From: Pristiophorus japonicus
Taxonomy: Eukaryota
Reading direction: 5' to 3'
Assembly (NCBI RefSeq): GCF_044704955.1
Contig: NC_091995.1
Coordinates: 37,758,001 to 37,822,000 of the forward strand
DNA: 64,000 nt
Shown: positions 38,637 to 50,969 of the stretch, piece after piece
Position numbering within the stretch: position 1 is the first letter of the stretch
Layout: each line of letters begins with the position of its first letter
Made by a program: the position numbers and the translations under genes
Notes under the pieces: model-generated
Seen by the model: only the letters and a program-made list of their open reading frames with translations
What the model was told of the DNA's origin: nothing
Database searches by the model: none

Positions 38637-40284
38637 GAAAGACTTTCATTCTCCCGAGGACAATGTTCGCAAGCGATTTATTGGGCAATGGTCTGAATTA
38701 TTAACTTGTTGAAACACACACTGTATGTTTCTTGTGATGTTATTGAATCAATTCTATCTTCTTTGAGTATTTAAAATTACGTGTGTTATGTTTTTGTCTG
38801 ATTCAGGAGCAAGTTAGTAATACTAAATATAATAATGCCTCACAAGTGCATTGATGATATTGTTTGATACAGACACTGGGGCTGTTCATATATGAACATG
38901 GTTTTGTTATCGACATGGTGAAATTGACCTGAAGTTAACAAGAATGCTCTCGCTAGCAAAGGAATTTTTCAGATCAAAGTGACATTTATGAGAAGAAACA
39001 TCTTTAACAATGAAAAAATAGCATCGGTGGAAATAGTAGTGTCTGAAGATAAATGTTCTTCAAATACCTTGTGCAAATGTAAGACGGTCCCTCGGCTATT
39101 TTGTTCAAAAATGTGTTCTGTCATCACCAGTTCTGTTAAGCCGTGGTGACGGAAGTTTGCAGAAGTAAGCATAGTGAGATTATAGTCAATGCTTTTGAAT
39201 GTTCTTTAATTTCGAGGTCCCATATATTCAATATCTTTTAAATATTTATATTGTGATTGATACCCCAGTCAATCATATATATAAATAACCATAGGGTTAG
39301 GATTTCATTTAATCTCACACGATTGTTTTTTTTAAACTCTGTTTTAATTTGCAATGTGGCTAACAATAATGAAATGCTTCAAGTTGTCAATTACCATGAT
39401 ACTCTCGGGGTTGATGTGTCAGGGTACAATTTAGCATCTGCTGAAAATGCAGGATGTGTGATTAGTGCCTGTTGACTTCTTTTTGTCGCCACATTGTGAA
39501 ACGACACAGCCAAGATGGTCTTGAGATCGGAAGTGGGACAATCAGTTCATGATGATTCGTGACATGCAGGGATGATAAACCAATTGACCACCTGGATGTT
39601 TGTAAGAACTGTCCCTATCAAGGCATCATTTTCACAATAACACTTACCAGGCCATAATGTGTCAAAAGGACAGATGCATGACTAGAGGCCCATAAATTCC
39701 ACGAGCTAGGTGTCACAGTATTCTACACATTCTGGATCAAAAACATTGATGAAGGTTACTTCTATACATGGGGGAAACAGCATAACTGTGTGCATTTCCA
39801 TGCATGACTACTGCTTAGAGATAATGCAAGTATCAAAGACTTGGTCGAACACAATAAAAGGATTACGTTGCAAAACAGAATTAGTTGTCAGATGCAAATT
39901 ATATTCCAATGAGGATAGACACAGAGAAAATACGATACAGAATGAGGCCTGCTGTCCTTGGCATGCTGATGAACAGGGGAAGATTGTCCACATTCTTCAG
40001 AACGTGCAATTCGAGCATTGGCCCATTTTGGTCTCCACAATGTTTCCACAAAGTCTCGCTGGGTCTTTAGAAGCTTCCAACTCCCAAACTGAGCTGAGTA
40101 GAAAGGGTTACTGCCGTTTCACAGGTAGGGTTGCATGAGCATGACCCACTGGAACAGTGAATTCAAAGGAATATATTTTCTCCAATATTTATTTTTGTAG
40201 CTATAAGGAACGTTGTGATAATGTGGACTGGGAATCCTCAGTACTAAAACAGAGAGCCTTCTATCAGTGCATTACATTACACAG

Positions 40285-40480
40285 CAAGAATCGTGTTTGT
40301 CAGCATCTGTGGAGAGAAAGTAGAGTTAATATTTTGAGTCGACGACCCTTCGATGACATTTCTTCTACCCGAAACATTAACTCTGCTTTTCCATCCAATG
40401 ATGCTGCCTGACCTGATGAGATTTCCAGCATTTTCTGTTTTTATTTCAGATTCCTGTATTTGCAGTAGTTTTCTTTTGTT
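40285..40480. mobile_element. Penelope-like/short interspersed repeat fragment typical of elasmobranch genomes
   Basis: cagcatctgtggagagaaa...gagttaat / cattaactctgctttc...gatgctgcctgacctg...tccagcattttctgtttttatttcag with internal inverted symmetry; family call from memory. Confidence 0.55.
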
Positions 40481-40556
40481 GAAGGAACGTGTTTATATCT
40501 GTAAAAGGTGGATGTGACCATACATTTTAGTAATTGTAAGTATAATTATTTCCCAA

Positions 40557-40631
40557 TTACAAAATCTTGCCGACAGGCACATCGAGTCATATCAGTTCAA
40601 AGACGGGAAAGTGCTACTCTATCTTCTGATG
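40557..40631 (+). pseudogene. C4: C4-like exon
   Basis: LQNLADRHIESYQFKDGKVLLYLLM|gtaat (75 bp); compare [25 protein letters not shown]. Acceptor reads AA instead of AG. Confidence 0.85.
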
Positions 40632-41340
40632 GTAATATTACTATTCCGTTTGTGTTTCATGTTGAAAATCATTTGCAGAACTTTTTACCCCTTCTCTCCT
40701 GGTTCAGTTTCACAAGCCCCGCATAAGGCAATAATCTGGTGGTATGAGCCGAGATAGAGTCCTGTCAAGCTATTGCACTTGAGAAGTTGGGGTAAAGCCA
40801 CAATTGCTTGTAGGGCTCTCACCCTGTACACACGCACACACAGAGGCAGGAAGATTTTCTGGACAGTGAATGAAAAAAAAACTTCCCTCATTTATCTTCG
40901 GTAGCCTGTCAATGGAGAGAATAATTGTAGCTACCTGAAATGAATTGGAAACACCTTCTTTAACCAGAGTTCAAATGAGTGAGATCAGCACAGCATTAAA
41001 GTTTTATTAATTATCAGTTTATGCCGGGCTAGAAATTCGGAAAATAGCTCTATAACCGAATATTGTGCGGTAATCGATGATTTAGATTTTTTGTTACCAC
41101 CAGAATACCGCTGTGACTGAAGGCCACAACATTCACAAAAAGGTAACAGTGCTGGCATTTGTGATAAAATCGGCCTTACACGGTATAATAATCTCCGGTC
41201 AGAATAGAACAATATGTTGACGGAATTACTCCTTATTTTTGCAACAAAACGAATATGTGTATGTTTAGTAGGTTACAGATAGGGTAGGAATGGAGAAAAT
41301 ATTTCCCCTGACGAGGAATTCAAGAACAATGTGACATGTT

Positions 41341-41960
41341 GGACTAGAATTTCCCCAAATCCCACCAATGCCCGATTGCCGCCCAACAAAAGGCTGAGGC
41401 TGGAAAAATTATCACCATTGAAAACGTAACGAAAATGTTTTTTAAATCCAGCCAGCGAAAACCTTGTGCCTTGCACCCCAATCTGAGCGAAAAAGTGCAA
41501 TTTAGGGTAGATTGGGTGGTGCCAAAAGAAAATGGGCAAAAAGTTTAAAAATCTATAAATATTTAGCCCGAGGCTGCGTGTTGGGAAAATAATTTTTCAA
41601 AAAACCTAACTAAAAAATTCAAAAAAAATAATTCCCAAGACACTTTAAAATTAAATCACCCCAACAGATTTTGAAAATAATCATTGTTTTTTTAATGACT
41701 TAACCTTTTCTTGCAGACCTACTTACATATCGGCCAGCTCTGCTAACTATAGGTAACCCATACTTACCTATGGGTCCACACTCAGTCACAAATCGTACCA
41801 TGGCGATCTGTGGACGCTGCCCGCCGGCGGTCCGCTTCCCAGTGTGACTTCGAAACCGCCATCATAACTCAGCTGGGGAATTTTTCGTCGTCGGGGTTCT
41901 GCCCCAACACAACGAATACCGCTGAGAAATCAGGCGGTGAACCACTGGAAATTCTAGCCC
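41341..41960. mobile_element. Non-autonomous DNA transposon (MITE) with 14-bp TIRs
   Basis: ggactagaatttcc (41341) and ggaaattctagccc (41947-41960) match 13/14 as inverted repeats; a related terminus gggctagaaattcgg lies at 41026. Confidence 0.65.
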
Positions 41961-42004
41961 CCGAGCTTTAATTTTGTGCTGGGCCTTTCAGGAATGAAAT
42001 CACT

Positions 42005-42238
42005 GTGCACCTTTTCTCGTAAAAGGTAGTGAGAATCTGGAACACAATCCCCCAAAAGGCAATGGATGGTGAGGGACAATTGGAGCTTTCAATACAGATA
42101 GATACATTGTTGTTAGGGAAGGATATCACAAGATGTGTAGCAAAGGTGGTTAAGTGGCGTTAAGACACAGATCAGCCAATATCTGATTGCATGGCGGAGA
42201 AGTTCCAAGGGACTGAAAGATCTCCTCCTGTTCCTATG
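42005..42238 (+). mobile_element. CR1 3' fragment
   Basis: aaggtagtgagaatctggaac...ctcctcctgttcctatg. Confidence 0.65.
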
Positions 42239-42510
42239 TGTAATGTATACACGTGTGAGTATGCTCACATGTTTATAGAGCTGTTGAGTTGGGAGTGGCT
42301 TCGCTAGTCATGTGATGGTGACAAGACTCAATTAACCCCCAACCAGTTGGATTCAGGGGATCCACGATGAGGCAGGTGGTTGTGAGCCTGGTGGATAAAT
42401 GTAATGTGTAGTGTGATGGTTAAACCATTGCTAATAAACCAACTAATTCTGAATGGCAAGGTCTTGCTATGAATTCTTAAGCAAAGAACCCATGAAGCAA
42501 ATGCATTGCA
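42239..42510 (+). mobile_element. Probable solo LTR
   Basis: Termini tgtaatg...cattgca, internal aataaa; flanks ctatg/ccgtg match only partly. Confidence 0.5.
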
Positions 42511-42601
42511 CCGTGTTGTTGCAGTGATTATATACAATCATGATGTGTGCATTTTACGTGTCACTACTTCTTAAGCTACCTTGTGATTGTTTCCCCTGTA
42601 G

Positions 42602-42704
42602 GTTACTGAACACAGAGAAGGTTTTGTATTTGGTGCAAGGCAAATTATTCCTATTGGATTAATACAACCCGCAAGCACAACACTTTACAACTATTACAAC
42701 CCAA
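42602..42704 (+). pseudogene. C4: C4-like exon
   Basis: ag|VTEHREGFVFGARQIIPIGLIQPASTTLYNYYNP|gtgagt (103 bp); compare [34 protein letters not shown]. Confidence 0.92.
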
Positions 42705-43150
42705 GTGAGTAAAGACGCTGCCTCAAAGTAGTTACTGCTCTGATTCAAATACCCAATGAACCGAGAGTATCCGCCGGTTGATGGTTCAGGAAGAAAATGA
42801 ACCCTTTTACTCACAATGTACCGTAAATGTACAGGAGCTGAAACTGTGTCACACACAGATTATACAGTACTAGGTGGGATGGAATCATTCCCTTTAACCT
42901 GCTGGAAGCTGTACATGTACAGCAACTGAAGTGAGACACACACAGGCTGTACAACAACAATACTCTAGTCAATAATTTCACACCAATGTAATTAGTTTGA
43001 TTAATTGTCTGCCTATTGATCGAGCAACAACTCTATGTGGATATGTTCTGTTGGCAGACATTAACATTCAGAATGACTAATCACTGTATCTAACATTCAT
43101 AGCAGTACTGTATGTGAAGCTATTCTGAGGGTTTGATGCCTGGGTTGCAG

Positions 43151-43240
43151 GTACTAAATGCACCGTATTTTATAACGCACCAGAACAAAGCACTATCATA
43201 TCAAAGCTCTGTCAAAATAATGTTTGCGAATGTGCTGAAG
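43151..43240 (+). pseudogene. C4: C4-like exon (anchor region)
   Basis: ag|STKCTVFYNAPEQSTIISKLCQNNVCECAE|gtaagt (90 bp); compare [28 protein letters not shown]. Confidence 0.92.
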
Positions 43241-43314
43241 GTAAGTTTCGATCAATGTACATTAGAAAATAAAATGATAAATATCACCTGTCTTTTGGCT
43301 TTTTGCACAATTTG

Positions 43315-46063
43315 AACTATGCTGTCACAGTCTTTTGTACCTTCAGCATTATTCGGTGTTGTTTTTGTGAATGAGACCAGAGATGCTCATTGGAGCAGAG
43401 AGTTTTAAGGGAAGATGTAATTGGTTCTCGATCATTCTGCCTTTGATATATTTTTGCTACATTACTAACAAACACACTGTACAAGTTGCCACTTACACAG
43501 AAAACTGTCATCATGTGAATTTGTCATATGACCCTTTGTTATTTACAGAAGTTGTTGCAGTATATCAGTAGTCCATTAGGTGGAACAGTAAGCCACAGGG
43601 TGAGCTCCATATTACACTTCTGGCTCCTTAATGAATATGTAATTATAACAATATAATCATTCTGCATAACTTGCATGGTAATACACAACAACAGATATGG
43701 ACTTATTTTTCTATATTTGCAAATCAAACTTAACCACTGGACTTCTGTTTTGAAGAGAATACCTTCGCTCTCAAAAAGAACTTCCCAAATTTGGTTTCGA
43801 ACTGAGACTCATGTTAAGGTCAGCCTGGGGAGAGTTTTTCTCCAAGTGCAATCCTTAATCTACATGTGAACTCTCTACAACTTCAGACTCCTTGTCTGAC
43901 TGACTCCGACTCAGACTTAAATTCTCACCTTCTCTTTGAGTGATTTCTCATATATCAGCTGTAGAATTTTGCCTGGACTCTTTTTGTAACAAGACACTCT
44001 GACTCATCAGAAGTTATCGAATCATTCCAATTTAACCTCCTTCCACATCTGTAGATAAAATCTGATCAATGTGAACAAACCTAAACTTTCCATATTCAAA
44101 CATCTTGACCAAATATGTGCAGGGGCAACATATCTTTACTATTCTTCCTGGTAACCTCTTTAAACTTTTATGGTGGTGATTCTCCACTTTAACCTTTTGA
44201 TTCAATTTCACAGTTCTCTCCCTTACTCTACCTCTATCATGATTCTCTTTCTGTCCTAATTGTTTCTCTTCTACTGAATATGCTTAGTTTGACTTTAACA
44301 CCAAGGACGTGTTTCATGGCTGTCATTTGAGAAACAACTCTGCTGGTATTCTCCCAGTAATTTTATGAGGACTATTACGATAAATAATCAGAAAATTTGA
44401 TAGATTGTGTTCCAATAATAACTGCCGTTTCCTTGGAGATGGATCCAACATTTGCTTGATGAACGCATGTTTTACAAGTTATACTCTGCACTCTGTTGGA
44501 ACATTTGTAGTAGGGAGGTATCGTGGACATTTGGTATCTTTACACACCGTTTCTGCTGATGAACTGTGCACATTCTTCTGAACTAAATTGAAGCCTATTA
44601 TCAGACACAATTTCTTCTGCGATGCCAGATGAAGAAAACAATCTTCGCAAATTGACGAGTGTTTTATTGTTATTATTTTTCACATTGGAAACACATCTAC
44701 CCACTTCGGATCACTATCAATCACAATGAACAATTGTTGCCCTTCCTGCCTAGCAAAATCTACATGTAACCTTTGCCATACCCTGTGGGGCCATTTATAT
44801 GGATTTAATGGTAATAATGGTGATATCTTCCTCACCGATTGACATGTTGTACACTGATTAACAATGTACTCTATAGCTTTAGTTAAATCTGGCCACCATA
44901 AGTAACTGCGCGCAAAACTCTTGGTCCAGCACATTCCCAAATGCTGGTCATGAAGATCTACTAACAATTTGGACCTGAATTGATTTGGGATAACTTCTCT
45001 TGCTGCCCACGATACATTCTTTATCCACAGACAATTCATTCGTATGAATAAATTATTGATAAATATATTTCTATGATACCTGGTTTGGCCAGCCATTTGC
45101 TATGTAATCATGCAGCTTTGACATAACTGGGTCACCAATCCCTTCAGCTATGACTGGCAACTCATCAATGTAACAAAAATTGAACACTGAATCCCTACTG
45201 GGTCTATCTTGTGATGGGGATGGCAACCTGGACATATCATCAGCATTAACATCTGACTTAGGTTTAACAACTATGGGTGTAGCCCAATTACTTTGATCTA
45301 CTTTAGAGATAATGTTCTCACTTTTGAGTTCTTGCTGAACTTTCTCCTTGAGTGCGTATGTTACAGGACATGGCTTCCAGTAAACCGGTCTAGCGTCCTG
45401 CTACACTCTGACACTCAACTTGAAGTCTTGGATAGGACAGCTTGTTTCAAGAAACATCTTCAGATCATGCTTACTGACATCATCTGTCGATGCAAATCTC
45501 GTTTCCACACCAAAAATGTTTTTCTAATTCAGATTCAGTGCTCCCAACCATTTTCTATGTATCAAGGCAAGCAAGCCTTCTGCTGCTACTATGAGAGGCA
45601 AGCTCTGAAACTGATCCTTGCATTTCACCAGGATGGTGATACATCCTACAACAGCGATTTGATCTCATGAGTAGCCTCGCAGCTCGAAGTTTGATTTCTC
45701 CAGTCGAAAATCGCTGAACCTGTCGAGATATAACGATTCTGGTACTACGCTCATGGGGGTACCAGTGTCAAATCCGATGGGTATCCTGTTTCCTGTAACA
45801 TCTATTTGGATGATGATACGTCGCAAATCTTTGTAAGATACACTCGGCCTCTTGATGACTGGAAACTCCAGATCGTGCTCATCCTGTTGCTTCTTTTCAA
45901 TGCTATGTCTTGTATCATTAACAAACACACTCGACAAGATTGCTCATGCACAGAAAACTGTCATCATGTGACTTTGTCACATGACACTTTATTGGCATAA
46001 TTTGCAGTACATCAGTTGTCCACTTGGTGGAACTATAGTCCACTAGGGGGCGCTCTATATTAC
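43315..46063 (-). mobile_element. Old, internally deleted Gypsy LTR retrotransposon
   Basis: LTR-like direct repeats at ~43460-43615 and ~45917-46063 (acagaaaactgtcatcatgtga...tattaca); protease FDTGTPMSVV; integrase LHDQHLGM..KSFARSYLWWP..WQRLHVDF; gag missing. Left boundary approximate. Confidence 0.8.
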
Positions 46064-46069
46064 ACTGCA

Positions 46070-47560
46070 AATGGGAACAGTTTCTCTCCATCAACTCTGT
46101 ACAGACCACTCAGGATTTTGAACACATTTATCAAATCTCCTCTCCACCTTCACTGCTCTGAGAACAACACCAGCTTCTCCAGTCTATCCACACAACTGAT
46201 GTCTCTCATTCCTGCAATCATCCCCTAAATATTTTCTGCAGCCCGCCGCCCCTACCACCCACCCTCCTCCCAAGGCCATCACATGATGCCTCTAGTTGTG
46301 GACGAACCCGTGTTTTATAAATGTTCATCATAATTTCCACACTTTTCTACTCTATCCCTCTATTTATGAAGCCCAGGATCCCGTATGCCTTTCAACTGCA
46401 TTCACTATCTGCCCTGGCACATTCAACAAATTATCCACGCATACCCCCAGGTCTCTTTATTCCAACACCCGCTTTAGGATTGTACCATGTAGTTTATATG
46501 TCTTCTCCTCATTCTTTTCACCAAAATATTTCACTTCACACTTATCTGTGTTAAATTTCATATGCTGTGTTTCCACTCATTTCACCAGTCTGTCTATGGC
46601 TTCCTGAATTCTATCACTCTTCTTCTCACTTTTTACTATACTTGCAATATTTTTATCTTCAGCAATTTTTGCAATACGCCCTGTACACCCACGTCCAAGT
46701 ATTTAATATATGCCATGAAAAGCAGTGGTCTGAGAACCGATCCCTGGGGAAAAGCACCTTACACCTTCCTCCAGTCCGAAAAACAACTATCCACCACAAC
46801 ACTCTGTTTCCTATCACTTATCCGATTTTGTATTCAGGCTGCCACTATCCCATTTAATCCACAGGCATCAATGTTGCTGTCAAATCTGTTATGTGGCACT
46901 TTGTTGAAAGACTTTTGAAAATCCATGTAGTCTACTTCAACCGTATAACCCACATCAACACTCTCTTTTACCACAGCAAAACACTCGATCAAGTTGGTTA
47001 AACATGCATTTGCCTTTAACAACTCTGTGCTGATTTTCCTGAATTGATCGACCCCTATCAAAGTGGCTGTTAATTTTGACCCTGATTACTTTTTCTAAAA
47101 GCTTCCCCATTATCAAGTTTAAACTGACTCGCCTGCAGTCACCGGATTATCTTTACTCCCTTTTTAGAAGATTTACAATTCACCAGCCCTCTGGCACCAC
47201 CCAAGTGTCGATGGAGGATTGGAATATTATGGCTCGTACCTCCGCAATTTCCGCCATCCATTCCTGGTGATGCATCTACTTGAAGTGCAAACGTCCTTTC
47301 TTATAGCTCGTCTTTATCAATTTTTATCTTATCTCGGGTCTCCACTTCCTGCTCCTTCTCTGTGTTTATGGCAGCAGCATCTTCCTTGCTACAGACAGCT
47401 ACAAAGTACACATTTAGTTCCTAAGCCATTCCCTTTGCCGCAGTGCATAATTCTCCTTTTTGGTCGCTCAACGGCCCCGCACCTCCACTTACAAACCTTT
47501 TACTATTTATATGCATTTAGAAGACTTTTGTATTACCTTTTATGTTGGTTGCCATTCTAT
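46070..47560 (-). mobile_element. Degenerate CR1 LINE fragment
   Basis: Minus-strand CLTNLIECF...YMDFQKSFNKVPH. Confidence 0.8.
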
Positions 47561-47840
47561 TAGAGATTTAAGATAATTGGCAAGGGAACCAGAGGTGAGA
47601 TGAGGAGATTTTTGTTTTAGACAGAGAATAGTTATGATCTGGAATGCACTGGCTCAAAGGGTGGTGAACGCAGATCCAATCGTAACTTGCAAAAGGAAGT
47701 TGGATATGTACTTAAAAAGGAAGAAAACTGCAGTGTTTTGGGAAAAAGCAAGGGACTAGGATTAATTGGATAACTCTTTCAAATAACAAGCACAAGCACA
47801 ATGGCCCTAAATTTCTCCTTTTGTGCTGTGTCCTTCTATG
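47560..47840 (+). mobile_element. CR1 3' fragment
   Basis: gatgaggagatttt...cagagaatagttatgatctggaatgcactg. Confidence 0.65.
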
Positions 47841-48182
47841 ACTATACATGCATCAGCTTTAGATGTAAGTAATCATGTTCTTTTTAAATGTTCCAATAAA
47901 TACCTTGGGGATTTTTTTATAAGATGTATGAATCTCCATACACTGGTACTCAAAGGTAGAATACCGACATCTGTTGAAATAGGAGCACAATTCACCCTGT
48001 CGAATTCTGCCCAGTTACTGTCAGACTGACGGTCTGATCTATTTCACAATATTGACCTATTTATTTCTATTCAAATGTTTTTCCCCACACTAGGTCCATT
48101 TGAAACACTGGAATGACCTTCGCCCAATGGTCTATCCCATTGGCGATATGTTTTATTCATGCATCTCTGTGCTCTCTCTCAG

Positions 48183-48275
48183 ATCGCTGCCCTCGCATAA
48201 AGCGAAAGATTTCCCCAGATGTAGAGAGAGAGGCATGGGTGGATTTCGGCTGCTACACAATGATTGTTGAATATG
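48183..48275 (+). pseudogene. C4: C4-like exon (C345C start)
   Basis: ag|DRCPRIKRKISPDVEREAWVDFGCYTMIVEY|gtaac (93 bp); compare GKCPRQRRAL...RMKFACYYPRVEY. Confidence 0.9.
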
Positions 48276-48561
48276 GTAACTGCTCCAGTTTATTCCGTTT
48301 TGGAATATTAAAACTGGGCACGGATTATCCAACAGTATGCGTTCATTCTCAGCATTCTGCTATTAAGTGCTGCATTTGTCATTAGCTTTGTAAAGAGACA
48401 AATTACTAATTGCTGCACAGCCTTTGGTTGGGGCTGGCGGCGGGGGGATTCATATGTTGGAAAATTTCAATCAACCTGAGTGAGTGAGTAACTGAATGAA
48501 GGCATATTATTGCTGAAACCGATTGTATCCAATACATTTAGGAAAAATATTACAATTATTT

Positions 48562-48845
48562 CATCATCATCACAGCCGGTCCCTCGAACGAGGATGACTT
48601 GATTCCACGAGTTCACAGATGTTTCAATGCAGGACCCAATGTTCCAGTCCTGAACTCCAATTGAGGGGGTGGAAGATGCCTGTGCATGGATTATTTTTAA
48701 CGTGTGTTGATCGTTGCACATCAGCCACCACACGGGCTTGACAGAGATAGGCCTTTATCCAGTGGCAAGGATTAAACCAGGATGACTGGAGAATTGCTCT
48801 GCTACATGGACATAGTGCGCAAACATATCGCAGTGTGGGCTGTTT
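48562..48845 (-). mobile_element. SINE-like element with an RTE-type 3' tail
   Basis: catcatcatcacagccggtccctcgaacgaggatgacttgattcca resembles the tail of the RTE fragment at 4687; the body differs. Confidence 0.55.
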
Positions 48846-49051
48846 CCCCTATCCCACATTTGCAATTATAACACAGTGTAAACGAAACACAACTTGAGAA
48901 ATGAACGGTTCACCTTTTCTTGGTTAGTATCAAATGATTGTTAAACTAATAACAAAGATAAACCAATCAGCAACGAATATAATCCTTCATGAAGAAAATG
49001 AAATGTTTAATACTAGATTTCTAATGATTGATTTGGCCAATTTCGTTCCAG

Positions 49052-49135
49052 CCTATAAAGTCACGGTGTTCAATATAAACACAACTGGACAATTTGCCGT
49101 CTATACAGTCTCCATCACAAAACCCATGAAACATT
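49052..49135 (+). pseudogene. C4: C4-like exon (C345C)
   Basis: ag|AYKVTVFNINTTGQFAVYTVSITKPMKH|gtcagt (84 bp). Confidence 0.85.
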
Positions 49136-49666
49136 GTCAGTAAGCTAAACACAAAAATTCTTCATTGTAGAATTCTCGATTTGGGCCCCAGGTGTGACTG
49201 ACGTTCCCATATCAGCCTTTCGACAAGCCCGAACTGTAAACCTTCTGTGTCATTTTACAATCGACTAATCGGTCTGAACGATCATGACAATAATCGTTTA
49301 GATTTGAATAGGAGTCTGATGGTTTGCACTTTTCTTTCGCCATTCTGATATCTGTCACCCATACCCTTAAAAAGTGGAAAATCGTGGGCTGGAGAAGCGG
49401 AATATTCATCATCAGATAAAGTCTTCTGAACATTTGTGTTTTTTAAAGTGATCTCTCTTTTTAAATTATTTATAATTTCGAGCTTCCCCCATAAGAATCG
49501 GACGTTAATCATGAAGTCACATTGGAGAAAGATTGTTAGGGTCTGCCTGCTCGGATAGATCAATAAACTGTGCTTTGCTGAGACAAGAAATACTAATCTA
49601 TCACTCGGTGTTTCCAGAAAATGAACGTAAAAAACATGTCACATACTCTGCTCATCTTTAAAATAG

Positions 49667-49799
49667 CAAACGATGAGAACATTATGGCGAATGACATGCG
49701 GCATTATCTCAAACGGAAATGCTGCCAGTTTTAACTGCAGCCGAAGAGAACTTACCTCTGAATGGGGAAGGATGGCAAGACCAAGGATGCAAATAGAAA
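49667..49799 (+). pseudogene. C4: C4-like penultimate exon with two nonsense codons
   Basis: ag|SNDENIMANDMRHYLKRKCCQF*LQPKRTYL*MGKDGKTKDANR|gtaagt (133 bp); TAA 49732-49734, TGA 49759-49761. Confidence 0.92.
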
Positions 49800-49934
49800 G
49801 TAAGTAAGATTGTGATGAGCATTCTCAATGGTAACATGCTGGGAGACATTGAAGACACTTTTACATGACAGCAGCTACACTCTCATTTCCTTTGGGCTCT
49901 CAGCAGCTTAGAATCATCACAAAATACTGACGTC

Positions 49935-50290
49935 AGCTGTGCCTCAGTGGGTAGCAGATTGTAGGTTCAAGTCTCCCAGTCCAGAGATATGAGCTCAGAA
50001 TCCAGGCTGGCACTATCTGTGCAGTACCGAGGGCGTGCACACAGTCGGAAGTGCAGTCTTTTGGATAAGACATTAAACGATCACTTTGAACAAGAGCATG
50101 GCAGTTACCTCTGGTATCCTGGTCAAATTATGTCCCTCAACCAACATTGATAAAACAGATTATCTAGTCATATCTTATTGCTGTTTGTGAGAGCTTACTG
50201 AGCTCAATATGATTCCTGAATTTCCTATATTAGAACAGTAACTGCAATTCAAAAGTAATTGTTTGGCTGTAAAGTGCTGTTAGATTGCCT
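49935..50290 (+). mobile_element. tRNA-derived SINE (DeuSINE/SacSINE1-like)
   Basis: A-box-like gtgcctcagtggg, B-box-like ggttcaagtc, central gcagtaccgagggcgtgc...ttggataagacattaaac; family call from memory. Confidence 0.65.
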
Positions 50291-50434
50291 GGAGTTGTGC
50301 AATATGCTCTGTTGATGAAAATGTCTTTATTTTTCTTTGCGTAAATCCTGATGTACATTGAGTGCCAGAAGGGAATACTGATCCAGATTATACTCATTCT
50401 TCTGTCTTTCTCTGTATCCTTCCCACGTCCACAG

Positions 50435-50576
50435 TATGCAATATATTCTTGACTCGCAATCTTGGATTGAAGAGATTCCACCTGCATCAAAATGCAGAGG
50501 CTCGATATGAAAAAGCGGCTGCAAGAAATTGAACCAGTTTATTAGCGAACTTGAAACGGAAGGATGCCAAATACAA
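50435..50576 (+). pseudogene. C4: C4-like terminal exon with a nonsense codon
   Basis: ag|MQYILDSQSWIEEIPPASKCRGSI*KSGCKKLNQFISELETEGCQI; compare PQYLLDSNSWIEEMP...QLNDFLQEYGTQGCQV. TGA 50508-50510; expected stop position reads CAA; AATAAA at 50755-50760. Confidence 0.93.
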
Positions 50577-50969
50577 TGGCAGTGGACATTTCGTTACTCG
50601 TCTTTTATGCTGCTTCACCACTGCAATGTGCATTTTAATCATAATAACCTGCTCAACTGCAAAATAACATTACATTGCAGCTCAAATGTAGAGGAAATGC
50701 TTGATCAATATGGTGATTATTTGCAGCACAGAATTATCTCAATACATCCCCTGCAATAAAGCTTGGACATCAATGTACCTTGGGTGTTGTTTCATTACCT
50801 CTCGTATGTGTTTTGCTCATGCAGGAAGGGAACATCTCTGAGGGGATTGATCTCAAGATGGTGTCGACCTGCCGTGAAGATGTCTTATTTTCGCCTTGAA
50901 TAATGAATAACTTTCTAAAAGGACAAAGGACTATCTGGACTCTGTGCCACATTGAGCTGAGATCATCTG

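Larger units (their letters stand above)
21992..50576 (+). pseudogene. C4: Complement C4-like unprocessed pseudogene, 3' part only (end of alpha chain plus gamma chain)
   Basis: Ten collinear exons, nine of them consecutive and mostly phase-compatible, resemble human C4 from [10 protein letters not shown] to QGCQV. They include the Tyr/acidic stretch plus RRRR alpha-gamma junction. Frameshifts, in-frame stops and mutated splice sites are present. Confidence 0.9.

Noticed and set aside
38830-40140. Unique-looking intronic segment with several medium ORFs (possible decayed gene or viral insert)
   Set aside because: I translated several frames on both strands and found no recognisable motif; BLASTx/HHpred would be needed.
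21992-50576. Functional gene, or C3/C5/alpha-2-macroglobulin assignment
   Set aside because: Multiple stops, frameshifts and splice mutations rule out function; the C345C domain excludes A2M and the acidic-Tyr/RRRR junction favours C4.
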